Source of the DNA: Paraspadella gotoi
Taxonomy: Eukaryota > Animalia > Chaetognatha
Reading direction: 5' to 3'
Length of the DNA stretch: 64,000 nucleotides
Assembly: GCA_051294375.1 (NCBI GenBank)
Contig: CM119265.1
Coordinates: 10,054,339 to 10,118,338, forward strand
The position numbers were made by a program, and so were the translations under genes. A model generated the notes under the pieces. The model was not told the DNA's origin. It was given only the letters and a program-made list of their open reading frames with translations, and searched no databases. Shown here in pieces: positions 41,053 to 64,000 of the stretch (position 1 is its first letter; every line of letters starts with the position of its first letter).

Positions 41053-43354
41053 TCAGCCCCACCCGAACACGTAAGGGTTTGGGTTTGGATTAACTGGTCC
41101 GTCGAGACCGATTCCAGGTATGGAGGAGGAGGAGGAGGAGGAGGAAGATGAAGAGGAAGATGAAGAGGAGGAAGAAGATCCCGAGGAAGAGGAACCAGAC
41201 CCCGTAGACGACGACGATGACGAAGAGGACGACGACGTCGACGAACCTTGTCCGTTGTTGTTGTTGTTGTTCACTTGTGTATTAACCAAAGTCTGTAAGA
41301 TCGACGCTCCAATTTCCGCCCAAGATTGCGACGAGCCTGAAGGGTTAAATGTATCTTTATAATTTTCTGAATATATTTTAATATGATTTAATTTAATTTC
41401 AAGCTTTAGAAACTAATTAAAAACACTTTCGGAATTTTCCAGGGTCAAATCAAATGAAAAAAAATGTTTTATTGTCAATAAAATATAACCCAACTTGTTA
41501 TTTCGCAGTATAAATAGTATTAAATACACCCGAGATTGCAATCCTATACAACCAATTAACCATAACAATTTTTTTCACTTCTCCGAGTCATGACAATTGG
41601 CTCAGATAGTGCTCGTGACTTACCGGAACCGGTGCTCGATGACCCGGACGTTCCCGACCCAGTTGAGCCTGACCCGGTTGAGCTTGGCCCAGTTGAGCCT
41701 GACCCAGTCGAGCTTGATCCAGATGTGGCGCCAGCCGCGCCACCGTCGGCCGGTGTCACGGGTCGACCCAGCAGACCGCCAGCCAGCGCCAGCCCAGCGT
41801 TTGCCGCCTGCAACGCCAGATCCGCCCAAAAGTTTCCTGAGACGAAAAACAAACAAATGAACAGTGCAGCTTCTGCTGCTGCTTTTTCTAGTGGTTCCGC
41901 TGCAGCAGCGACGAGGTGGCTCTTAAGTTCTTCCCCTTCCCGTATAATACAAGACAACGGATCTCGTCTAGTTCTGATCCGTTCCACTTGCCAGTTGCGG
42001 ATGCGGTCTGGGCTGCCGGTGCTGCCGGTGATGCCGGTGCTGTCGCCGGTTTACTCGCTTCGGCGCTGGTCGCCCCGGCGAGCGAAGTGAGTTCGGCGCC
42101 GGGCCGACCCAGCAAAATGCCGGTGAGGCCCGCGGCGGCGTTGGCCACATTGAGAGCTAAATCTGTCCAAACATTGCCTGGATAGACAGATAGATCAAAA
42201 TAAGAAAAAAAGACAGGCAAAAAAAAGAAAACTATATGAAAAACCGAGAAATATGAATTTGTTATTTAGCGTAATCAATTAAACTTTTTACCTGTTGAAA
42301 ATCTTAATTGTTTTGATAATGTTCCATTAGCTCTTGTTATATTAATAAATTCCAGCAGATCTTCAACGGTAAAGGAATCTGAATTAGGGGTAGCCCCACT
42401 CAATGGGATGAGTCAAAAATTTTGAATGATTTCATGCTCAAACGAAAATTTATACATTTTGAAGTATACTTTCAATGGACAAAACATTTCTTATGTGTCT
42501 CTATACCCAAATAATTAACTTTTTAATATTTATTTATAAATAGGAAAGGCCAAAATTTTTTTGGATAATTTTTAAATTTTAAGACCAGATTCAGATAGCT
42601 CATAAAAAGTTGTCTACACAAAATATAATTCCTTTTTAAATATTTTTATGATAAGCGAGTCAAAAATAAGAAAAACTGTAAAAAATCATCATCATCATCA
42701 TCTTTCGATGATTATATCAGTTTTTTTATATTTTCACATAGAAAACGTAAAAATTTTTAAAAGCTGTAATTATATTTCTTGTTTAACTTTTTATGCTCTA
42801 TCAGAATCCATCAAAAAATTTTAAGATTTCAAAAAAAAGTTTTATAATGTAAAAAAAGACAAGTAATATTTAATGTAATAATCAAGACGTTTAATGTAAA
42901 TTTTTTTGAAAAATGATTGTTTAAATATTTAGTCAAGTCAACTAAAAATACTTTGCTAATAGTCGAAATTTTATATTATCTCTGGAGTTGGTCCCTATCT
43001 GAATCACAATTAATAAACATGTAGCATTTCAGAGTTAAGTGTTCTTAATGGGATCATATAATATCATATCAATAGCATATCGTGAGTTGGTTACAATTAT
43101 TCTAAATAATTTACAATTCGTGTTGAACTGTTTTCGCTTTGGATACCATTTCTCTTCATTTACCGGACCAAAAATATGTAACGTTGAAAAAAAAATTAAG
43201 TTATAAATTTTAATCTTGATTAAAGTAACACTTTATTCTCGAGTCGCGTGTTACCTGACTCGTTCCGGAGAATGAATTCCCTGATCGGATCCGCCTCAGT
43301 CTGGATAAAATAAGCAACAGAGACGACAAATACGCAGGAAAATTTTATTAGCAT
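41053..43354 (-). CDS. Secreted protein B (~289 aa): three amphipathic modules separated by Ala/Ser/Gly-rich linkers
   Basis: Exons 43255-43354 (signal peptide MLIKFSCVFVVSVAYFIQTEA), 42292-42378, 41992-42177, 41624-41836, 41053-41336. All introns are phase 1; intron 3 needs a GC donor (G|GCAAGT). Confidence 0.75.
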
Positions 43355-43648
43355 ATTCTAATATTCTGAATAATCACAAATCAAGGAAAAAAAGCAATTA
43401 ACAAAGGATAATTTTTTTTTTCGAGGCAAAACGCATAAGAAAAGAGACAGGATATTTATTGTTTTGGTGAAGAGAGGGAAAAAGTGTGGATTTTTTAAGC
43501 GATAGCTATTTTTTTGATAAAAATCTGTTTTCAGATGCTGAAGCGTCAAGAAGTTCATAAATTAGTATCATTATAACCGGAGATTTGGATTTAAACAGTA
43601 TCTCCACTCTTTAGGGTGCGCCCCGGGATTATCTATCACCGTCGACTC

Positions 43649-44593
43649 TCACGTGAACATGTTTACGATTTTAATGATTCCCAAAACAACATTGGCGATA
43701 TCAGTGCCAAAGTCGTACGGAAAATTCCCTTTTTTTGGGGGGAGGGATACGGAAGGAAAGAGAAAGAGAGGGAGGGCATGTAAGAGTTTGGGGATTGAAA
43801 GAAAAGCGCAAAAAAAAAACTTAATTTTATTTGAATCGTTTTTCTTCTTAGCCCTGTACCCATTGTCTTTTATAAAATTCGTACTTTTTTATTTTCATTT
43901 GATCCCAATTAAAGCCAGAATCAAATTGCCCAGATTAAATCCCAAATCGAACAAAATGTTGCCTTTTTACATTTGACAATTTTTTTTCAAAACCAGAAGA
44001 AAAACAAAAAGAAAGGTAAAAATATTAAGAATTGGGGAGAGGAAAAGAAAAGAAAACATAGATTTTCATATAATTTAATAATTAAAGGTTCTCCCATTTT
44101 TTTACTTGTTAAATGTAACACTTAATGCGGACTATATTAAAAAGCTTTTTTTTCACAACAATTAGCAAGCTTAATTGCAATTAAATTTTAAAGCATTTAG
44201 AAAAAAAAAATATATCAAACCTTTGCCCATCCCGCCGTTAACGACGCCCGTCGTTGCTTGACGCCACGTCACGTTCGAATCAATCGAATTCAGGCCGACT
44301 AGATTTGAAACATCAAATTTACATTAAATAATAAACCAAATATTAAAATTAAACTGGATTTTATAATCAGTTAAATACCTTTAAAAAAAACCTATTTCTT
44401 TTTCTCGTTTTATTTGTTTCTTGTTTTTTCTAATCCTTCTCCCTTAACTTACTCCATTCCCTCTCAGCCTTCCTTACCCTCCCTTACCCGCGTCAGCCAG
44501 GATTTTGCGCCAATCGAAACTGAAGTCGCCCTGACTGCGAACTACGCTGATCGTCAACAGAGTCGAAAGAAAGAGGATCCACGTCGTCGTCAT
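43649..44593 (-). CDS. Small secreted peptide precursor C (~87 aa), not in the ORF track
   Basis: Exons 44488-44593 (MTTTWILFLSTLLTISVVRSQGDFSFDWRKILADA), 44221-44298 (VGLNSIDSNVTWRQATTGVVNGGMGK), 43649-43728 (GNFPYDFGTDIANVVLGIIKIVNMFT*). Phase-1 GT-AG junctions; the last exon is homologous to the modules of protein B. Confidence 0.65.
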
Positions 44594-45085
44594 TGTCGTC
44601 GTCGTCGCTGTCAGCTTAGGGGCGACACCATCGAGTTTAGTTCTTTGTTTTCAAAACAAGTGTTCTGTTGTTTTCTGTTTATTTGCCACACTGTATCTTT
44701 ATAATAATAATATATATTATTAATAATAATACCTGTATAATAGAAAAAATATTTTAACATTGTTTTTAAAGAGTCTAAGCTGAAAACACGCCAGTTAAGG
44801 ATAGACGAAAGTCACAAAATAAAAAAATAACAAATCATGCCACAAAAAAAGAAATTCAACCGTGATGCAACAATATAGTAACATTAGAGAATATCCCTGC
44901 GCTGGCGACAGTTGTTTAATAACGGTAACATCAAATATCAAGCGTCTAACTATATTTTTAGCTTTTATTTTGCTTTTTATAAACATTCAAAGTATCATGT
45001 GATTTCTTAAAACGAAAAACAAATAAAAATTTTAACTTTAAAAACTATAAGTTAAATCCTGAAATTTTTAAATCCCCATTAAAGT

Positions 45086-45548
45086 TTATCTTCCAAAAAA
45101 CGGGAACCCGAATCCGCCCATTCCACCCATTCCGCCCATTCCGCCCATTCCGCCCATGCCCATGCCGGGAAATCCTCCGAACCCCATGCCGGGAAATCCG
45201 CCGAATCCCCCCATCATTGGGTTGTAACCGGCGCCCGACGGGAATCCCCCGTTGGCCCCAACATTTCCCGGTATTCCGCCGGTCCCGGGGTTCACGTTGG
45301 TTCCGCCGCCCACGCCAGTGTTGGTGAAACTCGGATTTCCGACCATGCCCGGCATGCCTCCCATGCCTCCCATGCCGGGATAGCCGCCGAATGGCGACAT
45401 ACCCCACTGTCGGGCTGTTTAGGTGGGGAGGGCGTTAGGGAAAAGGTAGAGAAAGAGATTGCGAGGTGGGGTTTTAAGAAGAGTTAAGTTTATGTATTCT
45501 ATGTAATTTTAACATTGTTGTACATTTAATAATGTATTATATTTTCAA

Positions 45549-45629
<81 letters not shown>

Positions 45630-46217
45630 CAATTTCTTTTCACAAACTATCTCTGTCCTCACCTTCACCTATCCCTAATAAAAAACTGAACACTATCCTT
45701 TCTCTCAAACTCTGTGTTGGAAACTTTGCTCTGTCTCTCTCTCTCTCTCTCTTTCTTTATGCACAAAATTCTCTTCAAATTCACAAATTGAATTGGCGCT
45801 GAAGAAGACTCGTATGTGAGTCGAAACATGTCCGTTTCACTATGAAATAAAAATCGTTGTTAAATCTCTCTTCAAACTTTGTTGTATTCTATGTAAAAAC
45901 AAAATCATGAAAAATTTCGCATTTAATTGTTGAAGCCTTGATTGAGCAAATAACTAACCGTAAGGATTTCCCGGTTGACCCCAGGGCGCGAACTGCCCGG
46001 TCGCGCCAACGCCCGGCGCCAGTTGGGCCGCTAAGGCGTCAGCGGAAGCGCGCGGTGCTGCTTCGATTGAGGGATCGACCGCCGCCGCTGCTTTCTCGGT
46101 CGCCCCTTCAGGACTTTCCGCCTCCTGGCGACGAAATCTGTGAGGAGCCGACATGCAAAACGGTGCGGCCAAACAAAGTAGCATCGAAATCAAACTAAGT
46201 TTCGCGAAATGTGACAT
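45086..46217 (-). CDS. Secreted Gly/Met/Phe-rich protein A (~195 aa)
   Basis: Exons 45959-46217 and 45086-45414 join in phase 1. Signal peptide MSHFAKLSLISMLLCLAAPFCMSA, RFRR|Q furin-type site, GGFPGMG/GMGG repeats, ends FPFFGR*. Confidence 0.85.
45795..45836 (+). ncRNA. Minimal type I hammerhead ribozyme motif (Penelope-like element type)
   Basis: GGCG-CTGAAGA-A-GACTC-GTATGT-GAGTC-GAAA-CATG-TC-CGTT: both conserved core boxes, a 5-bp stem II, a palindromic stem III and a GUC cleavage triplet; AATAAA follows at ~45847. Confidence 0.65.
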
Positions 46218-47257
46218 TTTTAGTTTTTTTCGTTTTCCGTTGTTTGGTGAGTTTGTTTGTTTTTGTATTTGACTATTTTTTATTGTCGCTGGAAAAAAAA
46301 AGCTTATTTACGTGATTTAACATTTTTTCATCATTGCACATTGCATCTGGTGCATCCCGTATGCAAATCGTGTTATTAATCGCTACGTAAAAGTGGAGAG
46401 TTTTATGTTTTGCTTACAAATGTACGTAAATGTAAATTGTTTGAATAGATGAACTCACGAAACTGCGACTTGATATCGAAATCGACGAAGCGTCAAGTTA
46501 AGAACGATTCGGTGAAGAATTAAATAGGAAGTAAAAATATGATAAAGTGAATGAGAATCGTTTGTATTGATGTCGAAGAGATGTCACGATGGCGAAGTGA
46601 GAGAGAGAGAGAGAGAGAGAGAGAGTCTCTTCATATGATAATGAGCGAGAGAAACTTGGTACATTGCCTTTTGTTCATTAGACTTCATTTAGAGTTGATA
46701 AGTTAATGCGTTCGTATTCATGCATAAGTTTTATCCGTCGTTATGTCGTTATACTGCAATCATTTTAGGATAATGTACTCTATCAACATATGTGTTGAAG
46801 ATTAACCCGTCAGTTAGTAGGAATTAGAGAAATGGTAGCGTCAAGAAAAATAGAGAATCTTGAACTCTTTTTAGCCAAACTAATAAACGGTAGCGCAAAA
46901 AGGAACTTAATATATATCTGCAAAATCTGTAACATCCCTCACCCTTTCCTTTGGCCCAGCCACTTATTTCTTCGACGTTTTTGTTGACGCTTGTTTTTTG
47001 CCAATTATTATTTCTAATCCGGCTACAAGACTTTCTACTTTCTCGTCTCTCTCTCTCTCTCTCCTCTCTCTCTCATTCTCATTCCTCTCTTTTCTCTCTC
47101 TCTCTCTCTCTCTCTCCTCTCTCCCACGACGAGATATTTTGACACAAACGACCAAATATTAGTTTTTCTGGTCACGTGATTGGGATTTCACATCCGGATC
47201 AAGTAGTATTGTATCGAAACGGCTTTCAAGCCTTTTCTTTGTTTTCTTCCGTCTCCC

Positions 47258-47321
<64 letters not shown>

Positions 47322-48327
47322 CTCTCCGTCTCTCTCTCTCTCTCTCTCTCTCTTTTTCATTCTTCCAAAAGTATTAGGTCCCAACACGGGAAAACATTGA
47401 AATGCAAATTTGTCGCAAATGTTTTCCTCTGTTTTTAATCGGATTCTTCGGAAATTCTCGCTCCATTTCCGTTGGAACATAAATAATATAAAAATTTTTA
47501 ATATAATCATAGGCTAGCTAAACAGTAAACAATGTCATGGTTTAGTATTAGACCTAAAATCAAAAAAGTTAAAATTAATATTCATTATCAATGAGTTAAC
47601 AAAATCTAACTAATTTCACCTAAGGAATTAATTAATATTTGCAATTAATATTTCAAAATTAAAAAAAAATATGAATCCAATTGTTGTATTTTTACCCAAA
47701 GCGTAAACAAACCGCAAAAAAGCGGTTTACAGTTTTCTTTCAATAAGAAACTCATTTTCTTCAAGAGATTTTATCGCGCGATGAAAACCTTCTATTAAAT
47801 TTGATTCAGTTTAATATAACTTCAGACGAAAGAACCCGCACATTTCTTTCCGTATTTTTTATGCGCGAATTAATAAATTGCTAAGAACAAACGAAGATAT
47901 CATAGATGACTTCAAAATTGAAAAAGAAAACTACGAGAACATATACACTGTACACTGTACACTGTACAGTGGTTTCTGAAATAACTTCAATGGGACCCTA
48001 GTTAGCTCCAACTACAAGTTACACAAAAATCCTTATTTCCCATTCATAATTTTTTAGAAAACATAAAAACAAAGCCCATAAATTAAGTCTAAAAAGTATC
48101 TTCGGTTTTTTTGTTTTTTTTTTGTAGTGACTAAAATGACGAATATTTTGGACCACTTGTCTTTCGGAAGCTATAGCTCTTGAATGTTTGGACCGATATG
48201 GATTTCCCATTTCAAAATCTACATTTATCATTCATAATTTTTTATAATATGTGCGTAAGTTTGAAGAGCGTCCTCTTTTTTTTTTTGCACAGGACAGTAC
48301 ATCCAGTTCCATTCCAAGTCCATCATT

Positions 48328-63748
<15,421 letters not shown>

Positions 63749-63775
63749 CTGAATGTAATTTGATTAAAAAATATT

Positions 63776-63831
<56 letters not shown>

Positions 63832-64000
63832 ATTCGAAAGATGGATTTATTTTATTATTTGCCTAAGTTCACCCCGCCTATAAGCATGACGCCTTCAGTC
63901 GTCACCCATGTTCAATCCCGACACCGTCTGATGAACCGATAAATTGATTGATTGATTGATTGATCGAACTCATTGATTGATTGATGTATTTGAGATATTT

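Noticed and set aside
40835-41062. 18-bp repeat ORF (GLMWTT)n after gene B as a possible hydrophobic tail
   Set aside because: It is out of frame with the exon and follows a stop; it would require an unsupported indel.
41590-42090. Plus-strand DPVE-repeat ORF and other antisense ORFs over GC-rich exons (e.g. 26893-27357, 30656-31147)
   Set aside because: Shadow frames of the minus-strand genes.

Overview
Eukaryotic (invertebrate animal) genomic DNA with AT-rich introns, GC-rich short exons, abundant (GA)n/(TC)n microsatellites and one assembly gap. I reconstructed the genes by hand from GT/GC-AG boundaries and exon phases. (1) A 20-exon secreted reprolysin/ADAMTS-type metalloprotease fused to an F-type lectin domain and ~9 ShKT domains (minus strand). 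(2) An innexin (minus). (3) An 11-exon BTB-BACK-Kelch gene (plus) whose intron 4 hosts two antisense rhodopsin-class GPCR paralogues. (4) Three tandem small secreted-protein genes (minus), two of which share an exon-encoded amphipathic module. (5) The 3' two-thirds of a Na+-coupled SLC4 bicarbonate transporter (minus, running off the window end). The introns contain nine tRNA-Leu(CAA)-family copies, eight of which each carry a different tRNA intron. They also contain a decaying tRNA-Ala array, a DINE/Helentron-like element with a higher-order repeat, a MITE family with a telomere-like core, an LTR remnant and a Penelope-type minimal hammerhead ribozyme. The best leads are the hypervariable but splice-competent tRNA-Leu introns, the protease-lectin-ShKT chimera with an Asp in the third zinc-ligand position, and the secreted peptide cluster. 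No database searches were run; family calls rest on recognised motifs.
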